From assembly GCA_045864135.1 (NCBI GenBank), contig BTVT01000023.1:1964-65963 (forward strand): 64,000 nt of DNA, written 5' to 3'. Position numbers and translations under genes: made by a program. Positions 55,593-64,000 of this stretch are shown here, piece after piece. Positions within the stretch are counted from its first letter, which is position 1. The number at the start of each line of letters is the position of its first letter. Source of the stretch: Rubrivivax sp. (GTDB lineage Bacteria; Pseudomonadota; Gammaproteobacteria; Burkholderiales; Burkholderiaceae_C). Below the pieces are notes generated by a model, which saw nothing but the letters and a program-made list of their open reading frames with translations, did no database searches and was not told the DNA's origin.

Positions 55593-57893
55593 ATGAACTC
55601 ATCGACATCGTTTCGCGCCGGTCGCGCGGCACGCCCGCTGCGCCGCGCGCGCCTTCCCCACCGTCAGGACCTGCTGGGCCTGGCCATCACGCTGCTCGCC
55701 GCGGCGCCCGCCGCGGCGCAGAGCTCGGCGCGGGACACCGTGCTGATCCAGGGCCAGCGCGCGGCCGCAGCCGGCGCGCCGACGACCCTCGACGCTGACG
55801 CCCTGCAGCGCCTGCGCGCGGCGCAGGGCGACAGTGCGGCGCTGCTGCTCCGCGTGCCCGGCGTATCGCTGCAGGCGGCCGGCGGCGCTTCCAGCCTGCC
55901 GGCGCTGCACGGCCTGGGCGGCGACCGCGTGCGCGTCAGCGTCGACGGGCTGGACCTCATCGCCTCCTGCCCCAACCACATGAACCCGCCGCTGTCCTAC
56001 CTCGATCCCGCCGCCGTCGCCTCGCTCGAGGTCTACGCCGGCATCTCGCCGGTGAGTGCCGGCGGCGACAGCATCGCCGGCAGCATCGTCGCGCGCACGG
56101 CCGACCCCGTCTTCGCGCCGGATGAACAGACCTTGCTGACGAGCGGCGAACTCGGCGCCCATGCGCGCAGCAACGGGCGCGGCATGGGCGTCAATGCCCG
56201 CGCCAACCTGGCCAGCTCGACCCTCGCCCTGGCCTACGGCGCGGCGCGCTCGCGCGCCGACAACTACCGCGCCGGCGGGGACTTCAAGACGAGCGTGCAG
56301 ACCGGCCGCAACGGCCACACACTGCCGCTGGACGAGGTCGGCTCCAGCGCCTACGACACGCGCAACCAGACGCTCACCCTCGCCCATCGCGGGCCACGGC
56401 ACCTGCTCGAGGCGCGGCTGGGCTACCAGGAGGTGCCCGAGCAGCTCTACCCGAACCAGCGCATGGACATGCTGGGCAACCGGCAGTGGCGCGGGCAGCT
56501 GCGCTTGCAGAAACGCTTCGACTGGGGCCGCTTCGAGGCGCGTGTGTTCCAGGAGGACGTCGACCACACGATGGACTTCGGCGCCGACAAGCGCTTCTGG
56601 TACGGCAGCCATTCCGGCACCGGCAGCGCCTGCAGCCCGGTGCGCTTCGCGGGTGATCCCCAAGGCACCTGCGCCGCCGGCATGCCGATGAAGACGGCCA
56701 GCAGCCACCGCGGCCTGAGCTCGCGCGCCGACATCGCGTTCGGCGACAGCGACACGCTGCGCCTGGGCGCCGAGTGGCTGGCCTATCGGCTGGACGACTG
56801 GTGGCCGCCTTCGGGCGGCGGCATGGGCCCGGGGACCTTCGACAACATCCGCGACGGCCGGCGCGATCGCGGCGTGCTCTACGGCGAGTGGATCGCGCGC
56901 CCGAGTTCCGCCTGGTCCTGGACGGCCGGCGCCCGCGTCGAACGCGTGCGCAGCGACGCCGGCACGGTGCACGGCTACAACACGCTGAGCAGCGCGCCGG
57001 GCGGCCAGGCGGCCGAAGCCGCCGCCTTCAATGCCTCGTCCCGGCGGCGCACCGACGACAACCTGGACCTGTCGGCGATCGTGCGTCACGCCTGGTCGAG
57101 CACCGTCGACCTGGAGGGCGGCATCGCGCGCAAGGTGCGCTCGCCCAACCTGTACGAGCGCTACACCTGGTCGTCCTGGGCGATGGCGGCGACGATGAAC
57201 AACTTCGTCGGCGACGGCAACGGCTATGTCGGCAACCCCGATCTGAAGCCCGAGGTCGCGCATACCGTCTCGGCGACGATCGACTGGCACGCCGCCGACC
57301 GCTCGTGGAGCCTGCGCGCCACGCCCTACCTGACCGAGGTCGACGACTACATCGACGCCGTGCGCCGCAGCACCTGGACCGCGGGCAAGTTCAACGTGCT
57401 CGGCCTGGCCAACCAGTCGGCGCGCATCGTCGGGCTGGACATGACGGGCCGGGCAGCCCTGCCCGGCCTGCCCGGGGGCGAATGGACGCTCGAGGGCGTG
57501 CTCAACCTGACCCGCGGCCGCAACCGCGACAGCGGCGACGACCTGTTCCAGATCATGCCGGCCAACCTGCGCGTGTCGCTGAGCCACCGGCTCGGGAGCT
57601 GGCAGAGTGCGCTGGAAGTGGTGTCGGTGGCGCCCAAGAGGAGGATCAACGACGTCCGCAACGAGATCGCCACGCCCGGCTACACGCTGCTGAACCTGCG
57701 CACGGGCACCACCTGGGGCCGCGTGCGCCTGGACTTCGGCATCGACAACCTGTTCGACCGGCACTACGCCCTGCCGACCGGGGGCGCCTACATCGGCCAG
57801 GGGACGACGATGAGCATCAACGGCGTGCCCTGGGGCGTCGCCATGCCCGGGCCGGGGCGTTCGCTGTACCTGGCGGTCCAGATGGGGTTCTGA
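55593..57893 (+). CDS. TonB-dependent receptor, OprC-like copper transporter
   Basis: Plug with CPNHM (CxxxM) and HTM (HxM); [16 protein letters not shown]-terminal Phe. Confidence 0.88.
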   Translation: MNSSTSFRAGRAARPLRRARLPHRQDLLGLAITLLAAAPAAAQSSARDTVLIQGQRAAAAGAPTTLDADALQRLRAAQGDSAALLLRVPGVSLQAAGGASSLPALHGLGGDRVRVSVDGLDLIASCPNHMNPPLSYLDPAAVASLEVYAGISPVSAGGDSIAGSIVARTADPVFAPDEQTLLTSGELGAHARSNGRGMGVNARANLASSTLALAYGAARSRADNYRAGGDFKTSVQTGRNGHTLPLDEVGSSAYDTRNQTLTLAHRGPRHLLEARLGYQEVPEQLYPNQRMDMLGNRQWRGQLRLQKRFDWGRFEARVFQEDVDHTMDFGADKRFWYGSHSGTGSACSPVRFAGDPQGTCAAGMPMKTASSHRGLSSRADIAFGDSDTLRLGAEWLAYRLDDWWPPSGGGMGPGTFDNIRDGRRDRGVLYGEWIARPSSAWSWTAGARVERVRSDAGTVHGYNTLSSAPGGQAAEAAAFNASSRRRTDDNLDLSAIVRHAWSSTVDLEGGIARKVRSPNLYERYTWSSWAMAATMNNFVGDGNGYVGNPDLKPEVAHTVSATIDWHAADRSWSLRATPYLTEVDDYIDAVRRSTWTAGKFNVLGLANQSARIVGLDMTGRAALPGLPGGEWTLEGVLNLTRGRNRDSGDDLFQIMPANLRVSLSHRLGSWQSALEVVSVAPKRRINDVRNEIATPGYTLLNLRTGTTWGRVRLDFGIDNLFDRHYALPTGGAYIGQGTTMSINGVPWGVAMPGPGRSLYLAVQMGF

Positions 57894-57908
57894 GCACCGG
57901 CGGGGCCG

Positions 57909-57976
57909 GGCAATCGACTGCCCGGCAATCGACTGCCCAGCTGTCGACCGGCTATCGACCGGCCCTCGACCGCCTG
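57909..57976 (+). repeat. 15-nt tandem duplication followed by an 11-nt TCGAC-periodic array
   Basis: GGCAATCGACTGCCC x2 (57909-57938), then TCGACC at 57944, 57955 and 57966. Confidence 0.75.
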
Positions 57977-58077
57977 CCCGCGGCACAATCCCGGGCGTCC
58001 CCGACGCCTGGGCCCGCGGGCCGAGGCCACCGGCCTCCTCCCCCGGACGCAAGGTCCGCTGCCGCCCTTGTCACGCC

Positions 58078-58776
58078 ATGCACGACGCGCCTGCCGACGG
58101 CTCCCCCCACCACCGCTCCGTGCGCAGCTACGTGCTGCGCGCCGGCCGCATGGGCAGCGGGCAGGAGCGCGCGCTGGCCGAGCTGGGGCCGCGCTTCGTG
58201 CTGCCCTTCCAGCCCCGGCCGCTGGACTTCGCCGCCGTCTTCGGCCGCAGTGCGCCGCGCGTGCTGGAGATCGGCTTCGGCATGGGCGGCGCGACGGCAG
58301 CCATCGCCGCGGCGCAGCCGGGGGTCGACTTCCTCGGCGTCGAGGTGCACGAGCCCGGCGTCGGCGCGCTGCTCAAGCGCATCGGCGAGATGGGCCTGGC
58401 CAACCTGCGCATCGTGCGCCACGACGCGGTCGAGGTGCTGCAGCAGATGATCGCGCCGGACTCGCTTGCCGCCGTGCACGTCTTCTTCCCCGACCCCTGG
58501 CCGAAGAAGCGCCACCACAAGCGCCGCCTGATCCAGCCGCCGCTGGTGGCGCTGATCGCCAGCCGCCTGGTGCCCGGGGGCGTGCTGCATTGCGCCACCG
58601 ACTGGGAGCCCTACGCCGAGCAGATGCTGCAGGTGCTGAGCCAGGAGCCGCTGCTGCGCAACACTGCGGCGGGCTACGCGCCGCGCCCGGACTACCGCCC
58701 GCTGACCAAGTTCGAGGCGCGCGGGCTGCGCCTGGGGCACGGCGTGCGCGACCTCGTCTTCACTCGGCCCAGTTGA
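58078..58776 (+). CDS. trmB: tRNA (guanine-N7)-methyltransferase
   Basis: [43 protein letters not shown]. Confidence 0.95.
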   Translation: MHDAPADGSPHHRSVRSYVLRAGRMGSGQERALAELGPRFVLPFQPRPLDFAAVFGRSAPRVLEIGFGMGGATAAIAAAQPGVDFLGVEVHEPGVGALLKRIGEMGLANLRIVRHDAVEVLQQMIAPDSLAAVHVFFPDPWPKKRHHKRRLIQPPLVALIASRLVPGGVLHCATDWEPYAEQMLQVLSQEPLLRNTAAGYAPRPDYRPLTKFEARGLRLGHGVRDLVFTRPS

Positions 58777-59617
58777 CCATGCCCGTGTAGGCCGTCAGCA
58801 GCACGATCGCGCCAAAGGCGATGCGGTACCAGGCGAAGACGCGGAAGTCGTGCGTCGAGACGTAGCGGATCAGCCAGCGGATGCACAGCAGCGCCGACAC
58901 GAAGGCCAGCAGCGAGCCGACGGCGAACACCGGCAGGTCGCTTGCGGCCAGCAGCGCGCGCTGCTTCCAGACCGAATAGACGCCGGCGCCGATCAGCGTC
59001 GGGATGCCCAGGTAGAAGCTGAACTCGGTGGCGGCGCGGCGCGAGAAGCCGAGCACCATCGCGCCGATGATGGTGGCGCCGCTGCGGCTGGTGCCGGGGA
59101 TCAGCGCCAGGCACTGCAGCAGTCCGACCTTCAGCGCGTCCAGCGCGCTCATGTCGTCCACCGCCTCGACGCGCGCGCGGCGGCCGCCTTGCAGGTCGCG
59201 TTCGCCGAAGCGGCGGCGATGCCGCGCCTCGGCCCACAGGATGACGAGGCCGCCGACGATGAAGGCGCTGGCCACCGGCAGCGGGTGAAAGAGATGGCGC
59301 TTGACCAGCGAGCCCAGCGTCAGCCCCAGCACGACGGCGGGGACGAAGGCGATCAGCACGTTGCGCGCGAAGCGCCGCGCCACGGCCTCGCGGCGAAAGC
59401 CGCGCACGGTGTCGAGCAGGCGCTGGCGATACTCCCAGACCACGGCGAGGATCGCGCCGGTCTGGATCGCGATCTCGAAGACCTTCGCGGTCTCCCCCGT
59501 GAAGTCCAGCAGCGAGCCCGCGAGGATCAGGTGCCCGGTCGACGAGATCGGCAGGAACTCGGTCAGGCCCTCGACCACGCCCAGCACGGCGGCCTTCAGG
59601 AGCAGCAGGGAATCCAT
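58760..59617 (-). CDS. uppP: Undecaprenyl-diphosphate phosphatase BacA
   Basis: [23 protein letters not shown]; overlaps the 3' end of trmB by 17 nt. Confidence 0.95.
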   Translation of the reverse strand: MDSLLLLKAAVLGVVEGLTEFLPISSTGHLILAGSLLDFTGETAKVFEIAIQTGAILAVVWEYRQRLLDTVRGFRREAVARRFARNVLIAFVPAVVLGLTLGSLVKRHLFHPLPVASAFIVGGLVILWAEARHRRRFGERDLQGGRRARVEAVDDMSALDALKVGLLQCLALIPGTSRSGATIIGAMVLGFSRRAATEFSFYLGIPTLIGAGVYSVWKQRALLAASDLPVFAVGSLLAFVSALLCIRWLIRYVSTHDFRVFAWYRIAFGAIVLLTAYTGMVNWAE

Positions 59618-59703
59618 GGTTCGGGCGCGCGGCCGGCCGCAGGCAAGGGCCGCTGGGGGTGGGCAAGGGCGCGGATGATAGTGGTGGGAATCGCCGGTTA
59701 TAG

Positions 59704-59723
59704 TACTGACCAGTCAGTCAGTA
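59704..59723. promoter_or_regulatory. TetR-type operator palindrome
   Basis: TACTGAC-cagtca-GTCAGTA, 15 nt before the TetR start. Confidence 0.7.
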
Positions 59724-59738
59724 GACGATCCGCAGACG

Positions 59739-60458
59739 ATGAGCACGCAGCGTTCGCCCGGCCCGGCCCGTCCGAGCCATCCGCCGGGCCCATCCGGCCT
59801 GAGCGGCCCGCTCCAACCTGCGCGCCCGGCCCGCCAGCGCCGCAAGGAGATCCGCCCGCAGCAGCTGCTGGACGCGGCCCTGCCGCTGTTCGTCGAGAAG
59901 GGCTTTGCCGCCACCCGGGCCGAAGAGGTGGCGCGGCGCGCCGGCGTCTCCAAGGGCACCCTCTACCTCTATTTCCCGAGCAAGGAAGAGCTCTTCAAGG
60001 CGGTCGTGCGCCACCACGTCGCCGCCTTGATCGGCGAGGCCGGGCAGATCGTCTCGGTGGCCGAAGGCGGCACGGCCGAGTTGATGCGCGCGCTCTTCGC
60101 GCAGTGGTGGGCGCGCGTGGCGGCCTGCGAGGTCGGCGGCCTGCACAAGGTCGTGCTCGCCGAGGCGCGCAACTTCCCCGAACTCGCGCAGTTCTACGTC
60201 GACGAGGTGGTGCAGCCTGCGCGCCGGCTCTTCGAATCCCTGATCCGGCGCGGCATCGAGCGCGGCGAGTTCCGCCCCGTCGACCTGCCCGCCACAGCCC
60301 ACGCGGTGATGGCCCCGATGATCTTCCTCCTCCTGCACGCCCATTCCTTCGCTGCCTGCCCGGTGCGCGGCTTCGAGCTCGACCCGGTCGCCACCCTGAA
60401 CGCGCACGCCGCGCTCGTCCTCGACGGGCTGCGCCGCCGCGACAAGGGCACGCGATGA
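59739..60458 (+). CDS. TetR/AcrR-family regulator
   Basis: [37 protein letters not shown]. Confidence 0.92.
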   Translation: MSTQRSPGPARPSHPPGPSGLSGPLQPARPARQRRKEIRPQQLLDAALPLFVEKGFAATRAEEVARRAGVSKGTLYLYFPSKEELFKAVVRHHVAALIGEAGQIVSVAEGGTAELMRALFAQWWARVAACEVGGLHKVVLAEARNFPELAQFYVDEVVQPARRLFESLIRRGIERGEFRPVDLPATAHAVMAPMIFLLLHAHSFAACPVRGFELDPVATLNAHAALVLDGLRRRDKGTR

Positions 60459-61696
60459 GCCGCCGCGCCCGCGCGACGGTGATCGTCCTGGTGGTGCTGG
60501 TCGCGCTCGGGCTGGCGCTTGGCCGCGCGCTGCAGCGCCGGCAGCAGGCCGCGCAGGACGCGGCGGCCGCGGCAAGCGCGCCGCCGCAGGCGCTCGAACT
60601 GCTGCCGCGCGACCTCGTGCGGGCGATCCCGCGCGAGCTGGCCAGCACCCTGCCGGTGTCCGGCGGGCTGGAGGCGGTGAACACCGCGCTCGTCAAGGCC
60701 AAGGTCGCTGCCGAGCTGCGCGAGCTGGCCGTGCGCGAAGGCGATGCCGTGCAGGCCGGCCAGCTCATCGGCCGGCAGGACGCGACCGAAGTGCAGTGGC
60801 GGCTGCGCCAGGCCGAGGACCAGGCCGCCGCCGCGCAGGCACAGCTCGACATCGCCGAGCAGACGCTGGCCAACCACCGCGCGCTGCTCGCGCAGGGCTT
60901 CATCTCGCGCAACGCCCTGGACACCGCCGTGCACAACGCGGCCGCGGCCCGCGCCTCGCTGCAGGCCGCGCGCGCGGGCGCCGAGATCGCGCGCAAGGCC
61001 GTGCAGGACACCGAGCTGCGCGCGCCGATCGCCGGCCTCGTGGCCCAGCGCCTGGCGCAGCCCGGCGAGCGAATCGGCGTCGACGGCCGCATCGTCGAGA
61101 TCGTCGACCTCGCGCGGCTGGAGCTGCCGGCGGCGATCCCCGCCGAGCAGGTCGGCGCGCTGCGCGTGGGCCAGCGGGCGCGGCTGCAGGTCGATGGCCT
61201 GGGCCAGCCGCTGAGGGCGCGCGTGGCGCGCATCAACCCCTCGACGCAGGCCGGCACGCGCGCGGTGATGGCCTACCTCGCCGTCGAGCCGGCGCCGGGC
61301 CTGCGCCAGGGCATGTTCGCCCGCGGCAGCATCGAGCTCGAGCAGCGCATGCTGCTGACCGTGCCGGCAAGCGCGCTGCGCAACGAGCGCAGCACGCCGC
61401 AGGTGCTGGTCGTCGAGGACGGCCGCGCGATCGCCCGGCCGCTGGTGCTGGGCCGGCGCGGCGAGGCCGACTTCGGCGCCGGGCCCGAGGCGGCCGCCGA
61501 GGTGCAGAGCGGCCTGCCCGAGGGCGCGCAGGTGCTGCGCGCCAGCGTCGGCAACCTGCCCGCGGGAACGCGGCTGCAGTTGCCGGCCGCAGCGGGTGCT
61601 GCCGGCGCTGCCGGCACAGCGGGTGCTGCCGGCGCCGTCAGCGCCGTCAGCGCCGCCCACGCGGCGAGCGCCGCGGCCGCGGCGGCCCGCCCCTGA
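60455..61696 (+). CDS. RND efflux periplasmic adaptor (MFP)
   Basis: N-terminal TM, lipoyl half-motifs ([17 protein letters not shown]), coiled hairpin; ATGA overlap. Confidence 0.9.
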   Translation: MSRRARATVIVLVVLVALGLALGRALQRRQQAAQDAAAAASAPPQALELLPRDLVRAIPRELASTLPVSGGLEAVNTALVKAKVAAELRELAVREGDAVQAGQLIGRQDATEVQWRLRQAEDQAAAAQAQLDIAEQTLANHRALLAQGFISRNALDTAVHNAAAARASLQAARAGAEIARKAVQDTELRAPIAGLVAQRLAQPGERIGVDGRIVEIVDLARLELPAAIPAEQVGALRVGQRARLQVDGLGQPLRARVARINPSTQAGTRAVMAYLAVEPAPGLRQGMFARGSIELEQRMLLTVPASALRNERSTPQVLVVEDGRAIARPLVLGRRGEADFGAGPEAAAEVQSGLPEGAQVLRASVGNLPAGTRLQLPAAAGAAGAAGTAGAAGAVSAVSAAHAASAAAAAARP

Positions 61697-61711
61697 GCAA
61701 GGCGCCCGGCC

Positions 61712-64000
61712 ATGTGGTTCACCCGCCTCTCGATCGCCAACCCGGTGCTGGCGACGATGGTCATGCTGGCCTTCGTCGTGCTCGGGCTCTTCAGCTATCA
61801 GCGCCTGTCGATCGACCAGTTCCCCGACGTCGACATCCCGACCGTCGTCGTCCAGGTCGACTATCCCGGTGCCGCGCCCGAGATCGTCGAGGCCGAGGTC
61901 ACCAAGCGCATCGAGGAGGCGGTCAACACGGTCGCCGGCATCGACACCGTGTTCTCGCGCTCCTACGAAAGCAGCTCGGTCGTCGTCGTGCAGTTCAACC
62001 TCGACGTCGACGGCCGCCGCGCCGCCGAGGACGTGCGCGAGAAGGTGGCCCTCGTGCGCCCGCTGCTGCGCGAGGAGGTGAAGGAGCCGCGCATCTCGCG
62101 CTTCGACCCCGCGGCGCAGCCGATTTTCAACGTCGCGCTGATCTCGCCGGACGGCAGCGCCAGCGCGCAGGCGCTCACCACCTTCGCCACGCAGGTGCTG
62201 CAGAAGCGGCTGGAGAACGTGCGCGGCGTCGGCGCGGTCAGCATCGTCGGCGGCGTGGCGCGCGAGATCGGCATCCAGCTGCGTCCGCAGGCGCTGCAGG
62301 CGCTGGGCGTGAGCGTCGAGCAGGTCGTCACCGCGGTGCGCAGCGAGAACCAGGAGCTGCCGCTGGGTGCGCTGCGCGCAGCGGCGCAGGAATCGATGGT
62401 GCAGCTGCGCGCCCGGGTGAAGGACCCATCGACCTTCGGCGACATCGTCGTCGCCCGTCGCGGCGCCGACGGCGTGCCGGTGCGGCTGGGGCAGGTCGCC
62501 GACATCGTCGACGGACCGCAGGAGGCGCAGTCGCTGGCGCTCTTCAACGGCCAGCGCACGGTGCTGCTGTCGGTGCAGAAGAGCCAGGGCGAGAACACCA
62601 TCGCCGTCGCCGACGGGCTGACCCAGGCGCTGGCCGCGGCACAGCCGCTGCTGCCGCCGGGCATGCGCACCGAGGTCAACCGCGACAACTCGCGCGCGAT
62701 CCGCGTCTCGGTCACCAACGTGCGGCAGACGCTCTTCGAGGGCGCGCTGCTCACCGTGGGCATCGTCTTCCTGTTCCTCAACAGCTGGCGCTCCACCGTC
62801 ATCACCGGCCTGACGCTGCCGATCGCCCTCATCGGCACCTTCATCTTCATGGACGCCGGCGGCTTCACCATCAACACGGTCACGCTGATGGCCTTGTCGC
62901 TGTGCGTGGGCCTGCTGATCGACGACGCCATCGTCGTGCGCGAGAACATCGTGCGCCACGTGCAGCTGGGCAGGAACGCGCACGACGCGGCGCTGGCCGG
63001 CACCAACGAGATCGGCCTCGCCGTGCTGGCGACGACGCTGTCCATCGTCGCCGTCTTCCTGCCCATCGGCTTCATGGGCGGCATCGTCGGGCGCTTCTTC
63101 CACCAGTTCGGCATCACCATCGTCGCTGCGGTGCTGATCTCGATGTTCGTCAGCTTCACGCTGGACCCGATGCTCTCCAGCGTCTGGCACGACCCGCAGG
63201 CGCACGGCCGTCCCGAGGGGCCGCCGCGGGGCCTGTACGAGCGCACGCTGGGCCGCGTCACCGCGCTCTTCGACCGCCTGACCGACTGGCTGGCCGACGC
63301 GTACACGGCGATCCTCGCCTGGTCGCTCGTGCACCGCGTGAAGACGGTGGCGATCGCCGTCGCGACCTTCGCCGCGAGCTTTGCCATCCTGCCGCTGGTG
63401 GGCGCCGAGTTCGTGCCGCAGGCCGACTTCTCGGAGACCATCGTCAACTTCCAGACGCCGGTGGGCAGCTCGCTCGAGCTGACCGAGGCGCGCGCACGCC
63501 AGATCGACGCCGCGCTGCGCGAGCTGCCCGAGGTGCGCCACACGGTGACGACGATCAACAGCGGCTACGCGCTGGGCAGCAACGTCGGCTCGATCTACGT
63601 GCGCTTAGCCGACCGCAGGGAGCGCACGCGCAGCGTCGCGCAGATGACGCCGGCACTGCGCCAGCGCCTGGCGCGCATCCCCGGCGTGACCATCACCAAC
63701 ATCGGCATTCCCGACCTCGGCGGCGGCAAGACGCTGCAGTTCTCGATCCAGGGGCCGGACCTCGACGAACTGGCGCGGCTGTGGCGGCAGGTCGGGCCGC
63801 GGCTGGCGGCGATCCCCGGCCTCGTCGACCTCAACAGCTCGCTGCAGGCCGACAAGCCGACGGTGGCCATCCGCATGAAGCGCGAGGCCGCGGCCGACCT
63901 CGGCCTGAACACGAGCGCGGTCGGCAGCGCGCTGCGCGTGCTGGTGGCCGGCCAGACCGTGGGCAACTGGCGCGCCGACGACGACGAGACCTACGACGTC
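61712..64000 (+). CDS. RND efflux permease (AcrB/AcrD/AcrF family), truncated by the window edge
   Basis: MWFTRLSIANP, IDQFPDVDIP, GLLIDDAIVVRENI, AVFLPIGFM. Confidence 0.93.
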   Translation, partial: MWFTRLSIANPVLATMVMLAFVVLGLFSYQRLSIDQFPDVDIPTVVVQVDYPGAAPEIVEAEVTKRIEEAVNTVAGIDTVFSRSYESSSVVVVQFNLDVDGRRAAEDVREKVALVRPLLREEVKEPRISRFDPAAQPIFNVALISPDGSASAQALTTFATQVLQKRLENVRGVGAVSIVGGVAREIGIQLRPQALQALGVSVEQVVTAVRSENQELPLGALRAAAQESMVQLRARVKDPSTFGDIVVARRGADGVPVRLGQVADIVDGPQEAQSLALFNGQRTVLLSVQKSQGENTIAVADGLTQALAAAQPLLPPGMRTEVNRDNSRAIRVSVTNVRQTLFEGALLTVGIVFLFLNSWRSTVITGLTLPIALIGTFIFMDAGGFTINTVTLMALSLCVGLLIDDAIVVRENIVRHVQLGRNAHDAALAGTNEIGLAVLATTLSIVAVFLPIGFMGGIVGRFFHQFGITIVAAVLISMFVSFTLDPMLSSVWHDPQAHGRPEGPPRGLYERTLGRVTALFDRLTDWLADAYTAILAWSLVHRVKTVAIAVATFAASFAILPLVGAEFVPQADFSETIVNFQTPVGSSLELTEARARQIDAALRELPEVRHTVTTINSGYALGSNVGSIYVRLADRRERTRSVAQMTPALRQRLARIPGVTITNIGIPDLGGGKTLQFSIQGPDLDELARLWRQVGPRLAAIPGLVDLNSSLQADKPTVAIRMKREAAADLGLNTSAVGSALRVLVAGQTVGNWRADDDETYDV

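Noticed and set aside
57909-57976. Possible CRISPR or mini-array (also considered for 11410-11455 and 20421-20468)
   Set aside because: Units are 9-15 nt with no unique spacers, and there are no cas genes.
58760-58776. Convergent 17-nt overlap of trmB and uppP
   Set aside because: Short convergent overlaps are common in compact GC-rich genomes; there is no other sign of function.

Overview
A very GC-rich betaproteobacterial (Burkholderiales-like) chromosomal segment with about 52 supportable CDSs and one tRNA-Gly(CCC). The backbone is housekeeping and catabolic: aminopeptidase P, a ROK kinase, ettA, rhlE, plsY, comEC, dsbB, ubiM, fumC, a three-gene 2-oxoacid:ferredoxin oxidoreductase operon, parC, kynBUA divergent from an aryl-CoA ligase, alaS, a LysR-gcdH-CoA transferase-gabD cluster, trmB, uppP and a TetR-RND efflux operon. 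No integrase, transposase, prophage, attC site or CRISPR array is visible. Six separate type II toxin-antitoxin modules are nevertheless wedged between backbone genes: two HTH-HipA, YefM-YoeB, BrnT-like plus partner, and two PIN/VapC modules, most with a visible operator palindrome. One VapBC module overlaps the start codon of the essential alaS gene. The strongest regulatory candidate is a DUF2946-like leader ORF (Cys-Cys pair, C-terminal RGPP arrest-like motif) upstream of an OprC-like copper TonB-dependent receptor, with competing RNA hairpins between them. Other oddities are a HipA lacking the autophosphorylation Ser, a 17-codon uORF coupled to a hemerythrin, an actinobacterial-looking L,D-transpeptidase, a degenerate GGDEF protein with an intact I-site, and recurrent 12-nt tandem micro-duplications. 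All calls come from motif recognition only; no database searches were run.
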